A stretch of DNA of 64,000 nucleotides from Lama glama (Eukaryota), in contig CM052818.1 in NCBI GenBank assembly GCA_028534125.1, positions 44,952,001 through 45,016,000 on the forward strand, given 5' to 3'. Below the pieces are notes generated by a model, which was not told the origin of the DNA, ran no database searches, and was given only the letters and a program-made list of their open reading frames with translations. A program made the translations under genes and the position numbers. Shown here one piece after another: positions 48,540-64,000 of this stretch (its first letter is position 1; the number at the start of each line of letters is the position of its first letter).

Positions 48540-49330
48540 GGCGCCGGCGGGGCCCGGGGCTCCGCGGATCCGGCCGCAGCGGGAAGGCGAGTGGCTCAGC
48601 ACTCAGCCGCCGGGCTCACCCAGTGCTTCCGCCTTCCCCGGCCCCGGACCCCGCCCGGCCCACGCCCCGGGCGGCCAGTCTGGGTTCCTTCCTCCGCCCC
48701 CGGCCCCGCCCAGGGTCCCCTCTCCTGCCTCGTGTCCGCTCCGCCCCCGCCTAGCCCCGACCCCTCCCCAGGTCGGTCCCGCCCCCGGACTCGCTCCGCC
48801 CCTCCTGGCTTGCTCGGCCCCTCCCCGGGCCTCTCCGTCTGGCTCCGCCCCTCTTGGGTCCGCCCGGTCCGGGCCGGCTCCTGGTCTCTCCCGTTCCTGT
48901 CTCCCGGTCTGTCCCCCTGCTGTCTCCCCGTCCCCCACGTCACAGCGACCCCTCCCCAGGGGAGCTCGCCCCGGGTCCGAACCGTGCCCGGGAGGCCCGT
49001 CAGCCCTACCCTTTGCGTGCTACACCCGCTGCTGATGCACTTTTCCGTGTTAAGCCGACTCGTTCAGTTCTGAGCCTCCGGGAGACGTCCCAGACTTTCC
49101 CGCTTTCCCACAGGTTGGGCTGGCAGAGACTGAACCGGGGAGGACAAACGGGTACCCCTCGCCAGGGGCGTGAACCCCTTTGTTGCGGTTTTCACCCCTG
49201 AAAAGTATTTCTCTTTGTTTTTCTCACTAAGCATTTCAGAGATAAGTTTAAAACGACCCAACTTGGTTTATGTGCCGCCGCCTGGTTTTACACGTGGGGA
49301 AACAGTTCTTGCCCGGTCTGCCCTTTCCTC
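48050..49330. promoter_or_regulatory. CpG island / SLC66A3 promoter with multiple GC boxes
   Basis: Very GC- and CpG-dense; several CCGCCC/CCCCGCCC Sp1-type boxes within ~350 nt upstream of the ATG. Confidence 0.88.
48400..48539 (-). CDS. SLC66A3: SLC66A3 exon 1 (coding part)
   Basis: Kozak ggcgccATGG; MELLLGFCNWSTLGVCAALKLPQISAV...LLLELG; donor GG|gtaagg. Confidence 0.94.
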
Positions 49331-50032
49331 CCGCTGGGAGTGGAGGCGCTTCCTCCCCAACCCTGGGGAGCTTCCTTCCTGGGGTCTTGGGCCTTAGCCC
49401 TGAAGACCGCCCCCGCCAACTCCCCCCAAGCCTTGCACTTAAGCATTTCAGAATAAAATGTTTTCTCAAGAAGGTAAGAATAGATTTCAATTGACAAAAG
49501 AAGGTGACTTAGACTGTGGGGGTAGGGAGCATTTTCCAAGCTCTCAAAATGGTATAGGTACTCAGTCCAGGTTACGGAACAGAGAACGGAACACTCTTGG
49601 TCAAATCACAATGCAATGTCAGGATCCACTGTAAAGAAAAAAATGTTGAAGCTTTCCAGTTCTACCAGGGTCAGGCCTTTAGCCACTGTAGCCGCCCACC
49701 CCCATGTACCCTGAGGGGAATTCAGGGTGGAGACCAGGGCGTGGTCTGTGCTTTGGTTAGACTGGCTTTTAGCTAGTTAAGATGCTTATGGAAGGAAAAA
49801 TGTCAAGTCACCACAGATTCTTGCATTTATAGAAAAGCCGGAAAATCATTAACTTAAGATGTCTGTTTTTTATAATTAGCTGTAAACTTTTGATACTTGA
49901 CTACATGTTTTCCCCAGCAAAATAGTTCATATATATCCTGGCTCCTTGTGAGTTTGGGGACACAATTCAGTTCATAATAAACATAGATACATATTCATAC
50001 ATGCTCTGTATACACCCACATACATTACATAT

Positions 50033-50034
<2 letters not shown>

Positions 50035-50064
<30 letters not shown>

Positions 50065-50069
50065 TGTAT
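50035..50069. repeat. (TATG)n tetranucleotide microsatellite
   Basis: Read directly. Confidence 0.9.
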
Positions 50070-52436
50070 CTGTGTGAATGTGTGTATATATACACACGTG
50101 CTGAACCCGAATCCTCCTTTTAACGCAACCCCAGACTTGCCTGCCCACTAGACAGGGAAGCGCTGGCTGGAGCACTGGGGAGGGAGACTGCACTCTCTGT
50201 GGGATCCATCATAAGCATTGATTACTTGGTCAAACTTCTGCTACGTGCATAATGGACCCAGCGAGTATGGAATGCCACTCCCTGACATCGAGTTAAAGTG
50301 CAGCTAATCTTCAAAGACGGCAGAGTGGCTAAGTGCAGGAGGGGCTTCCTTCCAGTTGGCTGCGCTGAAGACTCTGTTGCTTCATCTTGGAAAATTTGAG
50401 TGGCCAGGAGAGCAACCCTCCCCCCACCAATCCCACCACAGTCCTTGGGAACTAAAGACAACATCACTATTGGTTAAATCACACAGATTTACGTCCTGGG
50501 GAGCTCACTCCCTGTGGCAAATTCAAAATGAGTCCTGTGAGCCTCCCGGACAGGGTCCTAGGAGACAACAGAATGTTCTGGATCTTAGACGTGTCCAGAA
50601 GCTCTCTGCCAAGAAAAGTGTGTCAGTGAGGGTTTGACTACAGACCACAGAAGCTTCCTCTTTAGTTGGCTACTTACTGTTCGAGGTGATAAGCAGTGTG
50701 CCAAGCCACTGGAAGGGTGAGGAGCAGATATGAGGAACAGTTCCGTAAACCTCCCTGCCCGGGGAGGGGAGTGGCTGCCACCACCTCCACATTGTCCCGT
50801 GACCAGGAGGCTGGGGACTGACCCATACAGCACTCAGGCCCTGCTGTCCTGGAAGGACATGCCACTGCATCTCTGTGCTTCTGGAAGGGTCCTGGGTTGT
50901 GCCTTCTGCCTTCCCAGCCTCCCGGGGACGCTTCTGCTTGGCAGGAACCCTCTCCTATGAGAGGCCTGACTGCCAGGGCATCACCCTAGCCTCATGGCTG
51001 GCCAACTGTCGCAGCCAGTGGCTTCACAGAGCCATGCCCTCAGCACGTGGCTCAGTGACCACAGGCCAGCGCCACTGGAACCTGGGGTGCTTTGGACAGA
51101 AGACATGATTTCTGTTTATTCCTTACTGGACACTGGGAGTGGCAAGAATTGTGGAAGGCAAATCTAATCTAAACTGTTGTCGTCTGATGTGTTTGAGTAT
51201 CAAAGATGGAGGTCAAGGCCAGGTGCCCTGCAGCGTCAGTGGCACTTTTGTTAGAAGTCTCTGCCGCCTCAGCCCCTTTCAGGGCTCTGTCACTTAGGCC
51301 AGACTGCAGGGCTCCCAGTGCTCTGGAGGCAGCCAAAAAGGAGATGTGGGCGCTGGGGAGGGCTCAGGACACAAGGCAGGGGGAGTAGAGGGTGTCTGGG
51401 CCACAGGGCTAAAGGCTGGCACTGAGGACCAAGGTGCAGGAACTCTGGCCAAGACAGCCAAAGAGCCACTGACCATCACATCACCACGGCTGTCTGTGAT
51501 CATCTCAGGGCCAAGAGCATCCTGCCCTCCATATCTTCTCTTCTCACCTCTTCTATATTGCTCCGCTGCTCTGAACACCAGGAACCAGCTGTTCTTGGCC
51601 ATGGACCTGAAATTCCTTAGTTCTGCGCTCTCTCCTGTGAGCCACTGGGGGCAGGGAAGGGAAGAGAGCAGGAGTGTGCTGGGTACCTGGCAGGGAGGAG
51701 AAGCCCCCTCTGGAAGACAGGGAGGCAGCATGAACCTCCTGTTCATCCTGGGTTTTGGATTGAGTCTCAGGTATGTTGAGGTGTCATTTCAGGTTTTCCC
51801 TGCAAAGGGAATCTAGACAGTTAACTAGGTGTCCCCCATGGTTTCGGTAACCTCAGCTCATTCTCAGATGCCATGCTTTTGGTACAAGCTGTTCCTGCTT
51901 TGGCACTTGCCGTAGGAATCACGCTGGCCTCCACCCTAATTAGACTGCTCGCCAGTGGACAGTTCCTTAACATTGGAAAAATAAAACAGGGAAGCAAAGA
52001 GCTTTCTTCCAAGCATCAAAGGCTTATCAATAACAGCAGTGACAACTATAGAAGCGTCTAGAATCTGAGAGCCTACTGTGTGCCAGATGTGGACTTTCAT
52101 TATTTCGTTCCATTTACCTGCTGAAGCAAGGAGGGTATTCCCATTTTGAGGTGGTCCAGGTTGGGAGTTCCTGGTCCTGCAACATGGCCGTGGACCCACC
52201 CCTTCACCCTCCCCATCTTAGACTCTGTTTATCCTGGGCCCCCAGGACCAGGTGTGAGAGAACTGCTTGAGCCTAGGGCCTGACCCTTCTGGGAGTGCTG
52301 GCTGCCCACGGGACAGACGGAACTCTCCTCTGGTGTGGAGCAATTGCTAATGGGTCCAAGGTCACCCGACCCCCAGCTTCACATGGACCTCTGAGCAAGA
52401 AGTGAGCTGGTGTGTCCCACTGCATGACTGTACCAA

Positions 52437-52963
52437 TGTTGCAGATAAGTGTGTTATAGCTCAGTGTTACAGTTCGGTGTTACAGCTCCGTATTTCAGCT
52501 CAGTTTTGACAGCAACCTGGATCCGAACGAGAGACCAAGCAGCACTTGGTTGGAGAGTTGGAGAACTCAGGTTTATTACACCAGCTTGCCTAGGGGAGTT
52601 AACACTCCAAGCTCTGGACCCTGTACATTTACATAGGCTTTTATAGGCTGCCAGTTTACGCTTTGTAACATTATATGTAAATAAGGTATAACAAAAGTTG
52701 ACTAATTAGAAACAAGCTTTGTAGAAATGGACCAATCAGGAGGGAGAGAAATAACCAATCAGGAGTGAGCACCATGCAAATGAAGTACTATAAATGGACC
52801 AATCAGGAGTTAGCTCAGGGAACCAATAGAATTTTAGGGGGTAAGTTCCATTTTCCTATAAGTAAGCCCTTTCAGAGGCAAAGAGTGAGATAGAGCCGCT
52901 GGGCCAGGGAACCGGTTGGTGCTGGCAGGAGAGTAGTGGCCCTGCCTGGGGTTTCCCACCTCA
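52437..52963 (-). mobile_element. Solo ERV LTR (class I/ERV1-like), 527 bp, 4-bp TSD CCAA
   Basis: TG...CA ends; CCAA at 52433-52436 and 52964-52967; on the - strand four CCAAT/ATTGG boxes, then TATAAAA (52645-52639), then AATAAA (52577-52572). Confidence 0.85.
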
Positions 52964-53438
52964 CCAACAATGCACTCTGTAAAAGGGCCCCCAAAGCTGT
53001 GTGATTCACTGGCTCAACTCAGTTCCCCTGCAGGCAGACTCGCCCTGCTCGGCTCCAGCCTCGCCCTGACCGCCCTGACTCTCACACAGATAACGAAAGA
53101 GATGAGAGACTGACCCGAGAGTCGGCCCTCTCAGCAGCCCCTGTGACTAATTTAATCCTTGCAACAACCTTGCAAAATCGGTACCATTATATCCCTATAT
53201 GCGGCAGGCAGAAAACTGACCCCCTCCTCAAAGAAGTACGCGGGCAGGTAGGTCCCTGAGTCCTCTCCATCTCAGGTGTGAAAATGAGCCCACAGAGGCC
53301 TCTGACGGAAGGTGTGGAGCGCGGAGATCATGACCCCGGGCTGATCTGCGGGGTGCTGTCTGGGACGCTGGTGCCAGGTCTGCGGCGGTGTCCCCACTCC
53401 CCCCACACCCCCCGGGGCGGCCCACCTGGCCCCCCCTC

Positions 53439-58893
<5,455 letters not shown>

Positions 58894-61800
58894 TCACTGC
58901 TCCCCTGGACCCCGAGCTCAGAGTGGCCGATGGGACCTTGGGGCTGGAGAGAGCAAGCTGTGTTTTGGGCTTCTGTCTGTGTTGACTGTTGTCCTGGGAA
59001 CGGGCAGCTGCCCAGTGTGCCAGGGAAGGGGCGGGCCCTGTGTGTGTGTTGGGGGGATGTCTGAGCCCCAGGGTGGGGTGGAGAGAGCTGTTCCTGGTCT
59101 GTGGGTGCCCAGCTCAGCTGCCCCTCAGCTCTGCCTCCTGCCCCCGGCTGGAGACCTCAGTACAGCTTGGGCGGGGGGAGGAAGGACCGAAGTCCTGACT
59201 TCTGGGGCAGTAAGCAAAGACGTGGGCTCCTGCTTGAGTGTAGATCCTCAGAAGGAAACAAGGAGAGCCCCAGGGTGGGGATTAACGCTCTGAAGCTTCA
59301 GCCCTGTTTCTGCTCTGACCCACCCAGCCCTGCTTGCTCGGTGGCCCCAGGCCTCTCCTGCTCTGCTGCTGTCCTCCAACACCACCCCACAACCCAGGCT
59401 TCTGCCCCCAGACATCCTACACTTCTGGACTGTGTCCGCTTCTTTTTCCCACTGTGTGTGTTGACAGATTCACGGTACCTTCCCTGAACCATGGGCAGAC
59501 CCAGCTGGCCGTGTGCTCCCTTCTCTGCACGGCTGGAAGCAAACATACGGGCGGACGGCTGCGTGCACACAAAGCCATGCAGCAGTGCAGAGGGGCCCAC
59601 GAGATGTCCCAGGTGCGGCCACAGCTTGGGCAATGCGCCAGGGGTGGCACTGTGCGCCTGCCCTGGGCACCTCTTCCGGATTCTGCTTTAATAAAGGAGG
59701 AACCAAGGAGCTGAGTCTTTATAGGTGAAAAGGATTTGCCAGGTGCAAGAACTGGGATGAGAGCAAAAGCTTGGATGCAAGAGAGAACAGTGGTGTTTGG
59801 GCGCCAGCATCAGGGCTGGAGGGGAGGAGCCCAGGCCACAGCTGTTTAGAGCTGCGTGGGGGCAGAGGGGGCTGTTTAGTGGTGCACGGTGGGGACACTG
59901 CTGCCTTTAAGCCCACAGGGCAAAGATAATCAGGAAAGGTCCAGCAGCTGAGATGACATCACCATGGGCCACAGTGAGAGCTGTCAGGCCACAAAGAACC
60001 GTCGGCACTTGAATGAGGAAGGGGCTGAGTGAGTGTGACCTTCTGGAACAACATCACTTGTTGGTGGGGCTGGGACTCCATCTCTCCTCCTTCCTCTATT
60101 CTTCTTCCAGAGCTAAGATGAGAAGGGCTGGCATTTGGTGACTGAAATTTTCTCCAAAAAGAGGGACTGGGAGCCCTTTGGGCCCAGAAATTGGCTTCCC
60201 TGGTGATTTTTCCCTCTTAGTGTTTGTGGCCTCAGTGTAGCCAGGACAGGTCCATGCTGTGCCCCAGGAGCGGCGGCTCTGATCTCAAATCTCTGGAAGG
60301 GGTCCCATGAGTGTGCCCATGGGACCCAGTGCCCAGAGAGGGCAGTGCTTGCTGTGTGAAAATCCACTCATAAGGCTGACTGCAGGCTGTGGCACAGAGT
60401 AGCTTGGAACAGCCTGGAACAGCCATGCAGTTTGCTCAGATACCTCAGCCCTGGTCCCCTGGCCAGAGATAAGGAACAGGACCAAAAAAGCCATCAGGGG
60501 CATCCAGGATGATCAGGTGCCTGCTATATGTAGAAGCTGAATGTTTCCATGGGGGATGGTTTTTAAAAACTAAAATTAAAAATTTATTTAGAAACTATTT
60601 CAGACTGATAGATGGTAGAGGAATGGACAGATATGAGACAAAACAAACACAATCAGACGTTAACTGTAGAATCTAAGGAATGGGTATGTGGGTGCCCATT
60701 GTGCCATTCTTTTAACTTGTCTATTTTTGGAAATGTAGCGCAAACAGTTTAGGTGCAGTGAGATGTTCTTTTCAGGGACTGGAGGAAACCCTCCTGAAAT
60801 CCAGGCTCCCAGGCACCAGTGAAGGGCCAGTCTTATGCGCCAGACGTTTGAGGACAGCAGTCTCGAGCCTGCTGTGTTAACTCTTCTCCACTTGTGCCAC
60901 GTGGGCTGACACTTAACTACTCCCCATTTCCCCAGGGGCGTCCCTGATCATTTCCAGCAATTAAGCACTCCACATTTTCAATACCAGTCTGAGCTCTGGG
61001 AGATGATTTAAATATTCCCTGATAGATAATTACAGTAAAATAGCATTTTTGTAGCACTTCAGGACTGAGAGTGTCCTTACCTGCATTTCTCCCTAAAGCA
61101 TCAAGACAGCCTTGGGAGGGGGTGCTGATCGTATCTGGATTTGGGTGCAGAGCCTGGGGGCTCAGGAAAACCATCCCCCTCGCTGGTTACACGGGCAGGA
61201 AATGTGGAGCCAGGACCTGATCCCCTGCTGACTGCCATTCCTGGTCTCTTCTTAAATTGTTTGCAGAAGAAAAGTGTCTGTCATAAACAGCTTTGCTTGG
61301 CTATGCACAGTATAAACTCAGTGGTTGGTATTCTGAAGGCTCTGGATTCCTGGGATTTGAGGGTATTTTAAGCATTGGAAAAAATATTCTGGGGGCATCG
61401 ATTTTTCTTTATTCTCTAACTTCCCACTAATGGGCTGAGTGCATTTTAGGAGAAAGTTGTTACTGGGGATGATTGCAATACTCATTTTGGGCAGCAGGGG
61501 GCAGCCTGTAGCTTTGCATCCTCCTTCCCACCTAGAATCACCAATTACCTCTCCTACCATCATCCCAGGGCACCGGAAAGAAGTCAAGCAACTTTAAGGT
61601 TTGAGATACTGTGAAAATGAGTGTAATGTCCAAAGAAGGAACCCAGCAGTGGGCCTGAGGGAAAGACGTGCTGGACAAAGAGCCCTCAGTTAACAGTGGC
61701 CTCGGATTGGGGTGATGCTTTATTTACAACAGGTAGGGCCCAGGCACCGGCCAGTGGGAAAGGACGGGAGGCCTCCCGCTGCGCAGGTGTGCAGAGGTGA

Positions 61801-64000
61801 GAGGTGGGGGCAGCAGCTATTTTCCAGCCAGTAGGGCGGGATGTCAACGTTTTAACAACTGCGCCAGTACCTGCGGGCTGAATATCCACCCGGAGGGGGT
61901 CTGTGGTGCCTGACTTGAATGGTGTTAAGACCCCTTCCAGCCCCCAAACTATGGTTTCTGTGGCTCAGAGGATTGTTTTTTTCCCCCAAGACAGGGCTAC
62001 TATGACATTGGATCAGGCTGCCTTCCTTTTTCCCTTCTGAGCCCCCGTCTGAGTCCTCATGACTTTCCTACCAGACTGACTGCGCAGGTCTGTGCCCCCA
62101 GGAGCCTGATCTGTCAGACCTCCCCCTGCTCCAGGCTGGGCCCCTGGCCCCCTGCTGGTTGTGGTCCCCTGGTGGTCCCTGACCCGGGCTGTGCTGGAGC
62201 TGGGGTGGCTGGGCAGGTTGGGGACCGTGGAGGAGGGCCCCTGGCCAGGTAGAGAGCCGGGGATATGTACCAGGCAGACCCCGTCCTAGCGCGGGCCTCC
62301 CCCTCTGTGTGACCTTGGCTGAGCCGTTTCCTCTGTCTTCCTCCCCTGGAGTCACTGCGCTGTGACTTCATCCTGTAGTCTGATTTGTCTTCACCCCAAC
62401 TGACAGATGAAGACACAGAGGCCCAGGGAGCTTGCCTCTCCAAGTGGGAAAACTGTGCAGCTTGGGATCAGTCCCGCATCGAGTCCTCCCAGGGCTCCTG
62501 TTCTGCGACCTCTCCTTCCTCCCTCTCCGAGTGGGACTCTTCTTTTCCAAACAAGGGAGTCAGGGGAGCCTCGTTAAAGAAAACTGCTTGGCTGATTTTT
62601 TTAGGAGGAAGTCACATCTGAAGCAAATGCTGAGGGATACAAGAGTTAGCTTTTGGGCGGCAAAACCAAATGGGTGGGAAAATACTTTGTTTATTGATGC
62701 AACTTTCACAATATCCTGCTTATTATTTTGCCAATATTAGCCTTGTTTTGATTACCGCAAAAGCCAACAGCTGCCTCAGACACGTTGGTTCTACAAGCTG
62801 GTGAGGAGTCTGTAAATCAGAAGGGACCCCTGGGGAGCAGCACAAACTCAGCCCGGTCTGGAAAGCCCTGTAAGACTCTGCAGATGCTCCTGGAAGGAAG
62901 TGCTCGCTCCAGGCTATCAACTCTAATGGTGCCTTTGAACTATGGGTGAGGAGTGCCTCCCAGGAGGGAAGATGTGTTTGTATTTGCATCTTGTAAGTTC
63001 TCCTGGGAACAAGAGCACTAGAATGGGATGCCTCCTGCATTTTGCATTAGGGCTGAAATCTGCTTAGTGAGTTTACATGCAGGAAGGTGGTAAAATATGA
63101 TGATTAAGAGCAAGCACTTAGGGGTCAGACCTGAAAGCCAGTGCGGGCTCCTGCCCTCAGTAGCACTCAGAATGCTGAGAACAGCTTTGCTAGTGAAGGC
63201 CCTTGTTTGCAGATGGCATCAGACAAGCTTCCTTAATGGGGTGGACTCCGTCTGAATCTCCTTTCTGCTACTTTATAGCTCTCCTCTCTAAGTCTCAGTC
63301 CCACCCTCTCGGAAGGTGGCAATAATAGCGGTCACCCCAGAGGATCATGACAACATGAAGCATCCCACATTGTGCGTCAAGCTCTTAGCGAACTGCCTGG
63401 CAGCTCTTAAGAATGATGCTGGCTAATATTGTCATGAGTCTGTTGCAGCCCACAATGCAGAGTGACCCCAGGAGCATTCCTGTGCCCCCATGCTGGGGTC
63501 ACGTGGCTTCCTGCGGCCGAGAGCCACTCCCATCCAGCAACCCAAGGCCATCTTGGAAAGGATCCTCGTGATTGGTCTCGTGCTGGGCGATGCTGGAGAG
63601 CGAGTTAGTCATTTTGCAACTGCAGCATGGCCTTGTCTTGGTTTCCCAGCTTTTTTGTTCTGTTGGCTTCATCCATGTCCTGTTGGAAATCTCATGTGCC
63701 CATTAGCGGGGCTAATTTTCACTTTCCCAGTGATTATACAGATCTTAGCTATCAAAGTCTTGGATCTCACTGAGGTCAACACATGATCATTCTTCCCAAT
63801 AAATAGAAACTGGAACAAAACCTAGCAGCAGCCTTATGACAGCACCTGGGTTCTTCCTGGACTCCAGTGCCACCAACCTGGTCCTACCTTACATCTCCAC
63901 GTTTTTTGTACCCTGGGACTCTCTCTTCTGTGGTTGGCTCTTACTTGATCTCAGTGCCAAAACCGTCCCTTTCATGACCTGCTAATAACGCGCTCCTGCC

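Noticed and set aside
48193..49035. 280-aa Pro-rich ORF on + and overlapping ORFs
   Set aside because: Artefact of stop-codon scarcity in the CpG island; antisense to SLC66A3 exon 1.
52452..52503. Short repeat array considered as CRISPR-like
   Set aside because: No spacers, eukaryotic context, and it lies inside an LTR.
59000..64000. Many short ORFs upstream of C2orf50; possible divergent lncRNA
   Set aside because: No recognisable protein or consistent exon chain; contains MIR/L1-like remnants; a lncRNA cannot be supported from sequence alone.

Overview
Mammalian genomic DNA, probably camelid given its short tRNA-derived SINEs and the absence of Alu-, BovA- or B1-type repeats. It holds three syntenic genes. 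(1) The 3' part of ROCK2 on + (25 canonical exons from the kinase hydrophobic motif to the stop at 32339-32341, a ~3.4 kb 3'UTR, and the 171-nt muscle exon). (2) The complete SLC66A3/PQLC3 on - (7 coding exons, 201 aa, CpG-island promoter, one U12-type intron). (3) The complete C2orf50/CIMIP5 CDS on - (3 exons, 154 aa). The most interesting signal is in the last ROCK2 intron (24796-32337). The terminal exon adds only one coding base plus the stop, so any phase-matched cassette swaps the C-terminal tail. I find two well-formed candidate cassettes (26059-26120, giving ...KPSSGPALRIILH*; 30987-~31078/31087, giving ...KPRLLDLAFKDWDWSFDDIDGGDDDGDVFDF*), each followed by an RBFOX TGCATG motif. There are also weaker candidates and an AATAAA overlapping the donor itself. 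Other points: an intact solo ERV LTR with a 4-bp TSD between C2orf50 and SLC66A3, and a duplicated MER53-containing block flanking SLC66A3 exon 4. All calls were made by eye; repeat family names and cross-species comparisons come from memory and need database confirmation.
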